From: Nitrospirota bacterium
GTDB lineage: Bacteria; Nitrospirota; Nitrospiria; 2-01-FULL-66-17
Assembly (NCBI GenBank): GCA_049325335.1
Contig: JBMOMC010000002.1
Span: 32,001 to 96,000, forward strand
Length of the DNA: 64,000 nucleotides
Reading direction: 5' to 3'
Under the pieces are notes generated by a model. The model was not told the origin of the DNA. It saw nothing but the letters and a program-made list of their open reading frames with translations, and did not search any database. Both the position numbers and the translations under genes were made by a program. Every line of letters starts with the position of its first letter. Within the stretch, counting starts at the first letter, position 1. Below, piece after piece: positions 1 through 10,236 of this stretch.

Positions 1-757
1 TCGCGAACAACGCCGGTTGCCACGCGCCGTCGCCAATGGGTTGTTCCCGGAATTTGTCCGAGAGCAGCCATGTGCGCCACGCGAGGTACGCCGCAACCAG
101 CACCCACCACGACGCCGAGGCGCGAATCGATTCCGCCCACGCGCGAGCCGGCTGCGAGGTGAGGCGGTCCCAGGCCACGATCAACAGGGGCAGGATCACC
201 GCGGCTTCTTTGGCGCCGAGTGCCAGCGCGCCGAGCACCCAGCTCATGATCATCCAGGAGCCTCGGGTGGCGGTACGATTCGCCCGATCCCACGCCGTGA
301 TAGCGGCCAACACGAGCAGCGTGGAGAGCAGGGTCGACCGGGCCGAGACATAGACGACGGCCTCGGCATTGAGCGGGTGCCACGCAACCACGGCGGCCGC
401 CGCCAGCGCGCTGCGGGCATCCCGCCAGATCCGAAACGCCAGGCCAGCGACCAGCGCAATGACCGCGAGGTGGAGACCGATGTTGACGGCGTGAAACCAG
501 AATGGGTTGCGACCGAACAGGGCCACGTCAAGCCCGAAGCTGGCGGTGATGACCGGCCGATAGCTGACCTCGCTGCGGGAACTCCAGGATTCGGGATTGA
601 GGAACCACGCCGCGGCCGAGCCCAACGAGTCGATCGCGCGGTTGTGAACGATGGTGTAGGTGTCGTCCCACACGAATCCGTTGTGGAGCGCGCCGCGGTA
701 TGTCAGCGCCGTGAGGATGAGAACGGCCGCGAGGGCGATGCGGAGCCGGGTGGTCAC
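1..757 (-). CDS. GT-C fold membrane glycosyltransferase (TMTC-like protein O-mannosyltransferase family), partial, runs off window edge
   Basis: Manual translation of the minus strand (not in the ORF track): VTTRLRIALAAVLILTALTYRGALHNGFVWDDTYTIVHN...SYRPVITASFGLD...FHAVNIGLHL. The F-x-W-DD, YRP and H-x-x-N motifs are typical of TMTC-like enzymes. Confidence 0.7.
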   Translation of the reverse strand, partial: MTTRLRIALAAVLILTALTYRGALHNGFVWDDTYTIVHNRAIDSLGSAAAWFLNPESWSSRSEVSYRPVITASFGLDVALFGRNPFWFHAVNIGLHLAVIALVAGLAFRIWRDARSALAAAAVVAWHPLNAEAVVYVSARSTLLSTLLVLAAITAWDRANRTATRGSWMIMSWVLGALALGAKEAAVILPLLIVAWDRLTSQPARAWAESIRASASWWVLVAAYLAWRTWLLSDKFREQPIGDGAWQPALFA

Positions 758-797
758 CGCGGAGGGCTCGGGGATGAGGCCGCCTCGCGTCCGCGGA

Positions 798-1622
798 TCA
801 TTGCGCGTGCGCCCGGGCCTCGTTAAAGAGCCGCGCGTCCAACTCCGTGGTCCGAGTCACGATGAACGGCGGGAGTCGCTCGTTGATCGACGGCGTGGCG
901 TGGACTTGCCCGTCGAGGAAGCGGGGAGCGATCCCTGCCGCGCGTAATAACCCGAACCCTCCCACCACGTCCCACGGATTTTTTCCGGTGACGCTGACAA
1001 TGGCGTCGGCCTCGCCGTACGCGACCAACGCGAGCTTGTACGCGATGCTGCCCACCGCGGTCAGGGGAAGGTCCTCCCTCCACCCCCTGAATCGGTCGCG
1101 GGCCAGGTCGGATCGGCTGACCAAGATGCGCAGCGCGGCGCTTCGGCCGCGCGCGCCGGGGAGGGAGGCGGTGTCGGTCGGGCGCAGCCCGGTCGTGATC
1201 GCGCCGGCCATGACCGTTCCGCTCGGGGGGTGCGCGATCGCGCCGGCCACCGCGCGCCCCTGCCAGACCAAGCCGATCGACACCGCGTATTCGGGCAGTC
1301 CCTCGACGAACTCGCGCGTGCCGTCGATGGGGTCCACCACCCAGGTAAACGCGCCGGAGGCGGAGTCCACCAGGCTTTCCTCCGACAACCACCCGTCTTC
1401 GGGAAACCGTTTGTCCTTCACGCTCCGGATCAGCTGATCGGCGGCGCGATCCGCGTCGGTGACCCAATCGTTAGGTCGCTTTTCTAGTGCCGTGAACCGA
1501 TCGCGCATGGTCCAGACCGCGGCGGAGGCCTCGCGCGCCGCGTCGATGACCGCGGTCAGACGACCGTCAACCGCGTCCCGCCATTCGGGTGAGGCGGCGG
1601 GGTCGACTACGGTTGACCCCAT
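798..1622 (-). CDS. Inositol monophosphatase family / CysQ-like 3'(2'),5'-bisphosphate nucleotidase
   Basis: VTDAD, LSEE, WVVDPIDGTREF, SRS, GSIAYK and WD motifs; start codon uncertain. Confidence 0.85.
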   Translation of the reverse strand: MGSTVVDPAASPEWRDAVDGRLTAVIDAAREASAAVWTMRDRFTALEKRPNDWVTDADRAADQLIRSVKDKRFPEDGWLSEESLVDSASGAFTWVVDPIDGTREFVEGLPEYAVSIGLVWQGRAVAGAIAHPPSGTVMAGAITTGLRPTDTASLPGARGRSAALRILVSRSDLARDRFRGWREDLPLTAVGSIAYKLALVAYGEADAIVSVTGKNPWDVVGGFGLLRAAGIAPRFLDGQVHATPSINERLPPFIVTRTTELDARLFNEARAHAQ

Positions 1623-2296
1623 GTCCTCATCCCCATGTCGTCGAGCAATTCGATCGTCGGTTCTCCTTGATCCAAGGCCAACCGGGCCCGGTCCACGCCG
1701 TCTTGGTCGCCCAAGAGCAGTTGCGGATCATGGTCTTCGTTCAGCGACAGCTCCGCCCGCGGCATGCCCTCGGCGTCGGCCAACACGAGGCCCGGCAACT
1801 CGTTGGTTCCCGCGATCACTTCACTGCGCGAGATGCCGTTGGCGTCCGACAAGGTCAATCGCATTCGATCGCGCTCGGTGACCAAGGCCACCGCGTTGCC
1901 GCTCTCGTCGCCGAACGCCAGGCCGGTGGTCACGTCGGGCCAGGCGATCAGCCAGGCCGCGGTGCGTCCGTCGGGTCCGAAGAACGTGAGCGACGGCACC
2001 GCGCCCGGCAACACCTCCAAGCTGATCAACTCCTGTTGTTGGTCGTCGTAGAGCCGAAGTCCCGCGACCCCGTGGCGGGTGAGCCCCAGGGTCGCGCGCG
2101 GGGCGTCGTGATCGTCCACGACGACCAGTCGGCGGGTCCTGATTTCGTCGGGGGGAGCCGATGGTCGAGCCGCGCCGAGCGCCATCACGCCGACCACGCC
2201 GCTGAGCGCGATCACGGACAGGATTTTAAATCGTCGGGCATCGCGTTCCAGCCGTTCCAGGCGTTCCGTCATCCTGCGCGAGGGGCCTTCCTCCAT
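1607..2296 (-). CDS. Hypothetical membrane-anchored protein with repeated beta-rich L-x-L-x-D-x-x-G units
   Basis: RBS GAAGGAG before ATG 2296; short coiled coil, one TM helix, then repetitive motifs. Confidence 0.65.
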   Translation of the reverse strand: MEEGPSRRMTERLERLERDARRFKILSVIALSGVVGVMALGAARPSAPPDEIRTRRLVVVDDHDAPRATLGLTRHGVAGLRLYDDQQQELISLEVLPGAVPSLTFFGPDGRTAAWLIAWPDVTTGLAFGDESGNAVALVTERDRMRLTLSDANGISRSEVIAGTNELPGLVLADAEGMPRAELSLNEDHDPQLLLGDQDGVDRARLALDQGEPTIELLDDMGMRTWGQP

Positions 2297-2648
2297 AGCG
2301 ATCTCCTTCAGTGTGGTGGCGCCGAGTACGTGGCTCGGGGCGAACTCTACGCAATTGTCGAGCGCGCCGCAAGAGGGATTGTTCGGAACGGACATGAAGC
2401 AACGTGGCAGCGGCCGCGCGGACGGTCGAGAGCGCGTCGCGTCCCGGTGATGGGGAGCCGCCGCACATTCGACGTCTGCAGTCGGTTGGGCAAGCCGTTA
2501 CGATTGACTTCATCCGCGGGGTGGTGGCAGACTGCCGACACGACAACAGCCCAGGGCGGTCCCGTCGCATGCCGTTGTCCTGAGGTGTCGTCCGGTCCAT
2601 CTGCGAACGCACGGTCGGTGAGAGAGCCGGGATGCGCGTTGAACACGG

Positions 2649-3809
2649 GTGGTCAATACGCGGGTCCTCGACATGATCGGGCGACCCGAGGCGCCCGCCA
2701 CGACGGGGCGCGTCGGCGCTTCCGCGGGTTCGCGGCCGCGGATCGTCCTGGCCAGCGACGACGCGGAGACGCGAGAGGCTCTCCGTCGCGTCTTGGCCGC
2801 GGCCCATGACGTGTCGGCGGTTTCCGACGAGGGAGCCGCGTTGGCTGCGGCGCGCGCGGAGCAACCGGATCTCGTGGTGAGCGACCTGATGCCGACGGGA
2901 GTGGACGGCCTCGGGCTGTTGCGCGCACTGAGAGCCGAGCCGATCACGCGCGCCATCCCCGTGATCCTGCTGTGCGCTCAGGGGGATGAGGACGCCGCGG
3001 CCGAGGGGCTGGAGGCGGGCGCGGACGACGCGCTCGTGAAACCGGTTGCCGCGCGCGAGCTGTCGGCCCGGGTTCGAGCCCGGATCGCGTTCGGCGCGCT
3101 CCGTCGGCAATGGGCGCTCGACCTTGACCGTGTGACCCAGGAACTCGACGCCTTCAGCTACGCGGTGTCCCACGACCTGCGCGCGCCGTTGCGGGCGATC
3201 GAGGGGTTCAGCGACGCCGTGCTCACCGAGTATGCCGCCGCGGTCGACGAGCAAGGGCGCCGGTATCTGGACCGGATTCGGGCCGGTACTCAGCGGATGA
3301 GCGCGCTCATCGAGGCCCTGGCCGCGCTGTCGCGGGTGTCCCGCGTGGACCTGCATCGAGAACCGATCGATCTGGCGTCCATGGCGCGTCGCGTCCTCGG
3401 AACCCTGCAACGGCGAGAGCCGTCACGGGCGGTGCGCGCGGACATCCCCCTGCAACTGCCCGCCACCGGCGACCAACGACTGCTTGCCGTGGCCCTCGAA
3501 CACCTTATCGGGAATGCCTGGAAGTTTACTGCCCGCCGCGCGGACGCCGCCATTTTCGTGGGGCGGGAGCCGGGAGGCACCGAGACCGTGTTTTTTGTCC
3601 GAGACAACGGCGTCGGGTTCGACATGGCGTACGCGGACAAACTCTTTGTCCCGTTCCAGCGGTTACACAAAGCCGACGAGTTCGAAGGCGTGGGCATCGG
3701 CCTCGCGGTTGTGCAGCGGATCATGTCTCGCCACGGCGGCCGTGTGTGGGCGACGGGCGCCGTGAATGAAGGGACCACGGTCTATTTCACGCTGGGAGGT
3801 GATCGATGA
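2649..3809 (+). CDS. Hybrid receiver-histidine kinase (REC-HisKA-HATPase, Cph1-like kinase core)
   Basis: N-terminal REC (PDLVVSD, LVKP); FSYAVSHDLRAPLR H-box, NAWKFT, DNGVGF, GVGIGL. Confidence 0.9.
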   Translation: MVNTRVLDMIGRPEAPATTGRVGASAGSRPRIVLASDDAETREALRRVLAAAHDVSAVSDEGAALAAARAEQPDLVVSDLMPTGVDGLGLLRALRAEPITRAIPVILLCAQGDEDAAAEGLEAGADDALVKPVAARELSARVRARIAFGALRRQWALDLDRVTQELDAFSYAVSHDLRAPLRAIEGFSDAVLTEYAAAVDEQGRRYLDRIRAGTQRMSALIEALAALSRVSRVDLHREPIDLASMARRVLGTLQRREPSRAVRADIPLQLPATGDQRLLAVALEHLIGNAWKFTARRADAAIFVGREPGGTETVFFVRDNGVGFDMAYADKLFVPFQRLHKADEFEGVGIGLAVVQRIMSRHGGRVWATGAVNEGTTVYFTLGGDR

Positions 3810-4657
3810 GGAGCCGTCGCGCGGCCGCGGCAATCGGGGCGTGGACGATCGTCATGCTGACCACCGTCTCGGCGGGGGCCGAGCTGCTCTTGGGCGTGCA
3901 CCCATTTAAACCGGCCACCAAACTGATCGAGGCGTTCACGCCGTTGGCCGCGTGTCTGGGCGACAAGCTCGGGGAGCACGTGACGCTGCGCATCGCGAAG
4001 GACTATCAAGCGCATACGGACGCGATCGGGCGGGATGAGTTGGACATCGCCTACATGGGGCCCGCGTCCTACGTCGCGTTGGTGGAACGGTACGGGCCCA
4101 AGCCGCTGTTGGGGCGGCAAGTCATCACGGGCAAGTCCTTGTTTCACGGGAAAATTTTCGTGCGGAGCGACAGTCCGATCCGCACATTGGCCGATCTCAC
4201 CGGCAAGCGCTTCGCCTTCGGTGAGCCGCACTCCACCATGAGTCACCTGCTCCCGCGGTACATGTTGTGGGAGGCGGGTGTCGGAATCGACCGGTTCGCC
4301 GGCCACGCGTTCGTGGGCGACCACGTGAATGTCGCGCTCGGCGTGTTGGCCGGGGATTACGACGCCGGCGCGGTGAAGGAGGACGTGTATTTCCGGTACG
4401 AGGGTCAGGGGCTGCGCGCCATCGCCACCTCGCCGCCCATTGCGGACCACGTGTTCGTGGCCGGTCGGAAATTATCCGAGGAGATGGTGCGGCGGTTACG
4501 CGCGATTATGTTGGGGTTGCACGAGGATACGCGTTGTGCCGCCGCGCTGCAGGCCATGACACCGGGCGTGACCGCGCTGATCGAAGCGCGGGACGCGGAC
4601 TACGACTCGTTGCGCACGGTGCTGGCCAAGTTGCGTGAACTCGGGGTACCGTACTGA
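3806..4657 (+). CDS. PhnD/PtxB-like phosphate/phosphite/phosphonate-type substrate-binding protein
   Basis: Signal peptide; DIAYMGPASY, LADLTGKRFAFGEPHSTMSHLLP and H-x-N-VAL motifs. Confidence 0.85.
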   Translation: MRSRRAAAAIGAWTIVMLTTVSAGAELLLGVHPFKPATKLIEAFTPLAACLGDKLGEHVTLRIAKDYQAHTDAIGRDELDIAYMGPASYVALVERYGPKPLLGRQVITGKSLFHGKIFVRSDSPIRTLADLTGKRFAFGEPHSTMSHLLPRYMLWEAGVGIDRFAGHAFVGDHVNVALGVLAGDYDAGAVKEDVYFRYEGQGLRAIATSPPIADHVFVAGRKLSEEMVRRLRAIMLGLHEDTRCAAALQAMTPGVTALIEARDADYDSLRTVLAKLRELGVPY

Positions 4658-5928
4658 TGGACGATGTCGCGCTCACCCGGGCCAGGAACCGGCGCGCGCT
4701 CACGGCGTTTCTGGTGGTGGTGTCGCTCGGGGTCGGGGCGATTAGCGGGGGCGTGGTCTGGCTGCAGCGGCAGTACCTCCACGAGAAGATCCGCGGGGAT
4801 ATGCGGACCGAGTTGGCGCTGATCGGCGAGGCGATCCTGGAATCGCTGCTGCGCTCCGACTACGCCGCCGTGGAACGGCTGGCGCGAACGTGGGTGGAGA
4901 ACCACGACGATCGGATCGAGATCGCGGTGGTGATGCCGAACGGGTTCGTGCTCGCCGAATACCGCAAGGCTGTTTCTCCGCGAGACTCCCTGACCGTGGA
5001 GCAGCCCGTGGAGTTCGACGGCCGGGTGGTCACGACGTTGCGGGCGGTGAGCGACGTGTCGCTGCGCGCGAGCGGCCTGCAAGCCATTGTGTTCTATGCC
5101 TGGCTCGCGTGTGTGGCCGTGATCGCGCTGCTCGGGTGGGCCTTGTGGGCGACGTTGGAGCGCACCGCGATCCGCCCGTTGACCGAGCAGGTTCTCCGAC
5201 GCGAGCTCAAGGAGCGACAGTTGGAGCAGCGCGGCGCCGAATTAGAGGCGGCGGTCCGGGAGCTGGAGACGTTTAGTTATTCGGTATCCCACGATCTGCG
5301 CGCGCCGTTACGCGCGATCGACGGATTCAGTCATGCGCTGCTCAGCGACTATGCGGCGACCCTCGACGACAAGGGGCGCCACTACCTCAGCCGGATCCGG
5401 TCCGGGGCCCAGCGGATGGCCGAGCTCATCGACGACCTGTTGAACCTCGCGCAGATTACCCGGGGCGAGCTGCGCACCGAACCGATCGATCTCTCGGACC
5501 TTACGCGAGGCATCATCGAGGAATTGCGAAAACGCGATCGCGCTCGCGCGGTGACCGTGAACCTGCCGGACCGGCTGCTCGTGCGCGGCGACCGGCGGCT
5601 GGTTACGGTGGCGATGGTCAACTTGTTGGGGAACGCCTGGAAGTTTACGGGCAAACGGGCGGACGCCGTGATCACGGTCGGACGGGAGCAGGACGGACCC
5701 GAGACCGTGTGGTTCGTTCGAGACAACGGCGCGGGGTTCGACATGGCGTACGTGAATAAACTCTTCACGCCGTTTCAACGCCTGCACAAAGCCTCCGAGT
5801 TCGAGGGCACCGGCATCGGCCTCGCGATCGTGCAGCGGATCGTCGCGCGCCACGGCGGCCGGGTGTGGGCCACGGCGGCCGTCGACGAAGGCGCCACGTT
5901 CTATCTCACGCTGGGAGACCGCCAATGA
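4657..5928 (+). CDS. Membrane sensor histidine kinase (Cph1-like kinase core)
   Basis: Two TM helices around a periplasmic domain; FSYSVSHDLRAPLR, NAWKFT, DNGAGF, GTGIGL. Confidence 0.92.
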   Translation: MDDVALTRARNRRALTAFLVVVSLGVGAISGGVVWLQRQYLHEKIRGDMRTELALIGEAILESLLRSDYAAVERLARTWVENHDDRIEIAVVMPNGFVLAEYRKAVSPRDSLTVEQPVEFDGRVVTTLRAVSDVSLRASGLQAIVFYAWLACVAVIALLGWALWATLERTAIRPLTEQVLRRELKERQLEQRGAELEAAVRELETFSYSVSHDLRAPLRAIDGFSHALLSDYAATLDDKGRHYLSRIRSGAQRMAELIDDLLNLAQITRGELRTEPIDLSDLTRGIIEELRKRDRARAVTVNLPDRLLVRGDRRLVTVAMVNLLGNAWKFTGKRADAVITVGREQDGPETVWFVRDNGAGFDMAYVNKLFTPFQRLHKASEFEGTGIGLAIVQRIVARHGGRVWATAAVDEGATFYLTLGDRQ

Positions 5929-6374
5929 GCAACCACCCGACCATCCTGCTCGTGGAGGACAATGACGACGACGCCGAACTGACCACGCGGGCGTTTCGGG
6001 AAGCACGCATCACCAATACGCTGATCAGGGCCGGCGACGGCGTCGAAGCCCTGGACTATCTATTTGCGCGGGGAGGACAGGCCGGTCGCGATCCCGCGGA
6101 GTTGCCCGAAGTGGTGCTCCTGGACCTGAACCTTCCGCGGGTCAGCGGCATCGAGGTGCTGCAGGCCATTCGCGCGGATGCGCGCACCAAGCACCTGCCG
6201 GTCGTCATCCTGACGTCGTCCAACGCGGACCGGGACCGATTGGCCGCCTACGACAACCACGCCAACAGCTACGTGCAAAAACCGGTGGATTACGATCAAT
6301 TCGTGGACGCGGCGCGCCAGCTCGGTCTGTATTGGATGGTGTTGAACCTGCCCGCGCCGCCCCCTGAGGCGTGA
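5925..6374 (+). CDS. Single-domain response regulator, Rcp1-like
   Basis: ATGA overlap with the kinase; ILLVEDN, LLDLNLP, ILTSS, NSYVQKP. Confidence 0.92.
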   Translation: MSNHPTILLVEDNDDDAELTTRAFREARITNTLIRAGDGVEALDYLFARGGQAGRDPAELPEVVLLDLNLPRVSGIEVLQAIRADARTKHLPVVILTSSNADRDRLAAYDNHANSYVQKPVDYDQFVDAARQLGLYWMVLNLPAPPPEA

Positions 6375-6432
6375 CCCTGGCGGCGCGCCGTCCCGTAGAC
6401 GTGTCACGCCCGCTGTGTTAGATTGTGACTCG

Positions 6433-7557
6433 ATGTCCGACCGGCCGCTGCTCATCATCGCCGCCAGCGAAAGCGACTCCAACCTGTATTACGCCACGCG
6501 GTTTCTCGCGCCCGACGCGTTCGTGTACCTGCGCGACCGGGGCGAGTCGATCCTGCTGATGAGTGATCTGGAAATGGATCGGGCCAAGTCGCAGGCCACG
6601 GTGGACACGGTGTTGTCGTACACCGCGTACGAGGAACAGGCCAAGGCCAAGACGACGGACCGGCCGCGCGTCGTACACGTGGTTCGCGAGGTGCTGGCTG
6701 AGCGCGGGATCACCGCGTTTGACGTGCCGAGCAATTTCCCGATCGAATACGGCGACCTATTCCGCGGCATGGGGCTGACCGTGACCGTGCGGCCGGATCC
6801 CTTGTTCCCGGAGCGGGTGCGCAAACAGCCGCGCGAAGTGGAGGCGATCGCCGCCGCGCAGCGCGCGGTCGAGGAGGCCGTGGCGGCGGCGATGCAACTG
6901 TTGCGGGATGCGGACGCGCGTCACGGCGTGTTATACGCGAACGGCGAGGTCTTGACCTCCGAGCGCATCAAACAACTCATCAACGTCACACTCATGGAGC
7001 GCGACTGCGTGGCCCAGCACACCATCGTGGCATGCGGCGTGGACGCGTGTGACCCGCACAACGAGGGATCGGGCCCCTTGTTGGCGAACCAGCCGATCAT
7101 CTTCGACGTGTTTCCGCGATCCAGCCGCAGCCGGTATTTCGCGGACATGAGTCGCACCGTGGTCAAGGGCCGGGCCAGCGACGGCATGAAGCGGTTGTAC
7201 GACACCGTCCTGGAGGCGCAGGAGTGGGGCGTGGCGCAGGTGAAAGCCGGGGTGGACGGGCAGTCGATCCACCAGGGCATTTGCGACCGGTTCGCGAGCA
7301 AGGGGTACGAAACCGGCCTGAAAGACGGCCGGATGCAGGGGTTCTTCCACGGCACCGGGCACGGCGTGGGCATCGACATCCACGAAGCCCCGCGCGTGAG
7401 CAAGGTCACCCACGTGTTGCAGCCGGGTGAGGTCGTGACCATCGAGCCCGGCCTGTATTATCCCGCCATCGGCGCGGCCCGCATCGAGGACATGGTGCTG
7501 GTGACCGCGGACGGGGGCGTTAATCTCACCCGGTTCCCCAAGACCCTCGAACTGTAG
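6433..7557 (+). CDS. Xaa-Pro aminopeptidase family (M24B)
   Basis: Metal-ligand motifs IFDVFP, YFADMSRT, HGTGHGVGIDIHE, TIEPGLY, RIED. Confidence 0.92.
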   Translation: MSDRPLLIIAASESDSNLYYATRFLAPDAFVYLRDRGESILLMSDLEMDRAKSQATVDTVLSYTAYEEQAKAKTTDRPRVVHVVREVLAERGITAFDVPSNFPIEYGDLFRGMGLTVTVRPDPLFPERVRKQPREVEAIAAAQRAVEEAVAAAMQLLRDADARHGVLYANGEVLTSERIKQLINVTLMERDCVAQHTIVACGVDACDPHNEGSGPLLANQPIIFDVFPRSSRSRYFADMSRTVVKGRASDGMKRLYDTVLEAQEWGVAQVKAGVDGQSIHQGICDRFASKGYETGLKDGRMQGFFHGTGHGVGIDIHEAPRVSKVTHVLQPGEVVTIEPGLYYPAIGAARIEDMVLVTADGGVNLTRFPKTLEL

Positions 7558-7558
7558 A

Positions 7559-7725
7559 AGCCTGTCCATGAGCGGCCATCTGCGGCGTTGTCGCTGCGCT
7601 TCCGGTGCTCACGTACGGATTCAGTACGCTCCGCTCCGGTTCTCGCTCCACCTTGCGACCTACCAACAGAAATCCAAATCGCGGAAGTCCCCGAAGGGGG
7701 CATCTGGCGCACTCCTGAACAGGCT
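7559..7725. mobile_element. MITE/REP-like non-autonomous repeat, copy 1 (with ~45 bp internal insert)
   Basis: Terminal inverted repeats AGCCTGTCCA...TGAACAGGCT; near-identical to 27459-27579; internal hairpin CGTAC-N6/7-GTACG. Confidence 0.75.
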
Positions 7726-7742
7726 CTTGTCGGCGGTTCGCC

Positions 7743-8225
7743 ATGACGAGTCGTAGCGAAGTGTCACGGCTCCGAAAGACGGTCGCGGAATCCGCGTCGG
7801 AGATGGTGCAGGTCGTGTTGCCCAACGACACCAATCCCTTGGGCAACGTGTTGGGCGGGCGCGTTATGCACTGGATCGACCTGGTGGGCGCGATCGTCGC
7901 GTATCGGCACTGCCACGGCCCGATCGTGACCGCGTCGGTGGACCGGCTCGATTTTCGCCATCCCATCAAGCTCGGGGAAATTGCGCTGCTCAAGGCCCGG
8001 TTGGTCTACGTGGGGCGCACCTCGATGGAGGTGCTGGTCGACGTGTTTGTGGACGACCCGCCGAAGGGCACGCGCAACCAGACCAGCGCCGCGCGGGTCA
8101 CGTACGTGGCCATCGACAAACGCGGCCGCCCAGTACCGGTTCCGGGCTTGGAGTTGGTCACGGACGACGAGCGCCGCGTATTTGATGAGGCGCTCGCCCG
8201 TCGCCGCTCCGAGGGTCGAGCATAA
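7743..8225 (+). CDS. Acyl-CoA thioesterase (hotdog fold, YciA-like)
   Basis: PNDTNPLGNVLGG, IVTASVD, GRTSMEV, YVAID. Confidence 0.92.
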   Translation: MTSRSEVSRLRKTVAESASEMVQVVLPNDTNPLGNVLGGRVMHWIDLVGAIVAYRHCHGPIVTASVDRLDFRHPIKLGEIALLKARLVYVGRTSMEVLVDVFVDDPPKGTRNQTSAARVTYVAIDKRGRPVPVPGLELVTDDERRVFDEALARRRSEGRA

Positions 8226-8282
8226 CGCCCGTGGTGATGCCCCCTTTTTCGCGTTCTCGGCTATCCTGTACCGGGTAACGCG

Positions 8283-9233
8283 ATGCGCACCACTTTCCAC
8301 ATACAGAAGTTTAACCCTGAGACGGACCAGGGGCCTTCCATGCGCGAGTACCACCTCGATGTGGCGTGGAAGGGCAACACCGTGCTCGACGGCTTGTTCC
8401 AGATCAAGAACGAACTGGACGGGGCGCTGACGTTTCGCGCCTCGTGCCGCAGCGCGATTTGTGGGTCGTGCCCGATGGTGATCAACGGCCGTGAGCGCCT
8501 CGCCTGCCAGACGCTGATCGCGGGCGAGATCGAACAACACGGACGGATCGAGGTGCGGCCGCTGCGGCAAATGCGCGTCATCAAGGATTTGGCGGTGGAT
8601 CTGACCCCGCACTGGGAAAAGGTCCGCGCGATCACGCCGTTTCTGACGACTGAGGCACATCGGCCGCACACGTGGAACGCCCATCAGGACCCGCACGGCG
8701 GGTTTCAAAACGTAGACGCGTGCATTTTGTGCGGCGCGTGCGTATCGGCCTGCTCCAGCCTGGAGGTGTCTCCGGGATTTCTCGGCCCTGCCGCGTTGGC
8801 CAAGGCCTACCGGTTCGTGGCGGATCCACGCGAAGGCCATGCAAAGGAACGGCTGGAGGAACTCACCCATGACAACGGAATCTGGGATTGCGTGCGCTGC
8901 AACTGGTGCGTGGAAGTGTGCCCCAAGGACGTCAAACCGATGGAAGCGATCATTCGCTTGCGGCGCGAGGCGATTCGCGCGGGACTGACGAATCATCCCG
9001 GCGCCACGCACATCACCGCGTTCATGGACTTGGTCAAACACGAGGGGCGATTGAACGAGGCGCGCATGCCGGTGGCCATGGTGTGGCCCAACGTGGCTCG
9101 GTTGTTGAGCATCGTGCCGATCGGGATCAGGATGTTCCTCAAGGGCAAGGTGCCGGCTTGGTTCCAACGGCCGATTCCCGGGATCGCCCAGGTCCGACGG
9201 TTGTTTGAGGCCAGGGAGGCCTCCACCAAATGA
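8283..9233 (+). CDS. sdhB: Succinate dehydrogenase/fumarate reductase Fe-S subunit (type E)
   Basis: SCRSAICGSC...LAC (2Fe-2S), CILCGACVSAC, CVRCNWCVEVCP (second 4Fe-4S) and a C-terminal extension. Confidence 0.9.
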   Translation: MRTTFHIQKFNPETDQGPSMREYHLDVAWKGNTVLDGLFQIKNELDGALTFRASCRSAICGSCPMVINGRERLACQTLIAGEIEQHGRIEVRPLRQMRVIKDLAVDLTPHWEKVRAITPFLTTEAHRPHTWNAHQDPHGGFQNVDACILCGACVSACSSLEVSPGFLGPAALAKAYRFVADPREGHAKERLEELTHDNGIWDCVRCNWCVEVCPKDVKPMEAIIRLRREAIRAGLTNHPGATHITAFMDLVKHEGRLNEARMPVAMVWPNVARLLSIVPIGIRMFLKGKVPAWFQRPIPGIAQVRRLFEAREASTK

Positions 9234-10114
9234 AATATGCCTTCTTTACGGGTTGCGCGGCCAAGGGCGCCTGCCCCGAGTTGTATCAATCGGCGGTGAA
9301 GGTGGCCAAGTTGCTGGGCATCGAACTCGAAGAGATGAAGAGCGCGGCGTGCTGCGGCGCGGGTGTGGTGCGCGAGGGCGACGCGGAGTTGAGCCTGGCC
9401 GTCAACGCGCGCACGTTCGCGCAGGCCGAAGCCAAAGGCTTGCCCGTGCTCACGATCTGCGGCACGTGCCAGGGCGTGTTGGCCGGCGCGAACAAGACGC
9501 TCAAGGAAGACGCCGCCGCGTTGGAGCGGATCAACACCTTGTTGGCGCCGGACGGCCTGACCTACCGCGGGACCACCGAGGTCAAACACCTGCTGTGGGT
9601 GCTAATCCGCGACGTGGGATTGGCCAAGCTACGCCGGGCCGTGAAGCGGTCGTTGGCCGGCCTTCGCGTGGCGCCGTTCTACGGCTGCTACATCCTGCGT
9701 CCATCGACCGACTTGGGGTTCGACGACCCCAGCAACCCGAGTTCGATGGAGGACTTGATCATCGCGCTCGGTGGACAACGGGTCGATTACGCGGGCCGGA
9801 CCAAGTGTTGCGGGTTCCCGTTGGTGTTGGAGAACGAACCTATGGCCTTGGCCATGAGCGGCAACGCGACCGCGGAGGCCAAACACCAAGGCGCGGATTG
9901 TATGGTCACGCCCTGTCCGCTCTGTCACATGAGTCTTGATATCTACCAGGAACGCGCCGGCGAGCAACGCGGCGAACGGCTCGACATGCTGGTGTTTCAC
10001 TTGCCGCAACTTGTGGGCTTGGCGCTCGGCCTGTCCGAACAAGACCTCGGCTTGTCTCGACATCTGGTCCCGGTGGCGCACGCCCTCGACAAACTCGCCG
10101 CGCCGCGGCCGTAA
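9230..10114 (+). CDS. CCG-domain HdrB-like subunit (SdhE/SdhC of type E succinate:quinone oxidoreductase)
   Basis: Two CCG domains (TGC..CCGAG..CGTC; YGC..CCGF..CPLC); overlaps the sdhB stop codon. Confidence 0.9.
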   Translation: MKYAFFTGCAAKGACPELYQSAVKVAKLLGIELEEMKSAACCGAGVVREGDAELSLAVNARTFAQAEAKGLPVLTICGTCQGVLAGANKTLKEDAAALERINTLLAPDGLTYRGTTEVKHLLWVLIRDVGLAKLRRAVKRSLAGLRVAPFYGCYILRPSTDLGFDDPSNPSSMEDLIIALGGQRVDYAGRTKCCGFPLVLENEPMALAMSGNATAEAKHQGADCMVTPCPLCHMSLDIYQERAGEQRGERLDMLVFHLPQLVGLALGLSEQDLGLSRHLVPVAHALDKLAAPRP

Positions 10115-10159
10115 CGAGTTCCCACCCCGCGAACATCCTCCGGCGGACTCGCCGCTCGC

Positions 10160-10189
10160 TTGCAGAAGGTTACGCAAGTGGGCTAATAT
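10160..10189 (+). promoter_or_regulatory. Putative sigma70 promoter of mdh
   Basis: TTGCAG-18 bp-TAATAT. Confidence 0.45.
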
Positions 10190-10236
10190 GGCCCACTTGT
10201 AGGCTTCTGGATCGCAACGTCCGGAGGGAGTCGGCG

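Noticed and set aside
17..826. 269-aa plus-strand ORF and many other long Arg/Pro-rich ORFs (e.g. 1589-2809, 22492-23712, 43004-44410, 62407-63978)
   Set aside because: Shadow frames of real genes on the opposite strand in high-GC DNA; no motifs and biased composition.
9230..10114. Methanogen-type heterodisulfide reductase
   Set aside because: It is coupled to sdhB with the type E signature and no hdrA/hdrC is present; better explained as SdhE.
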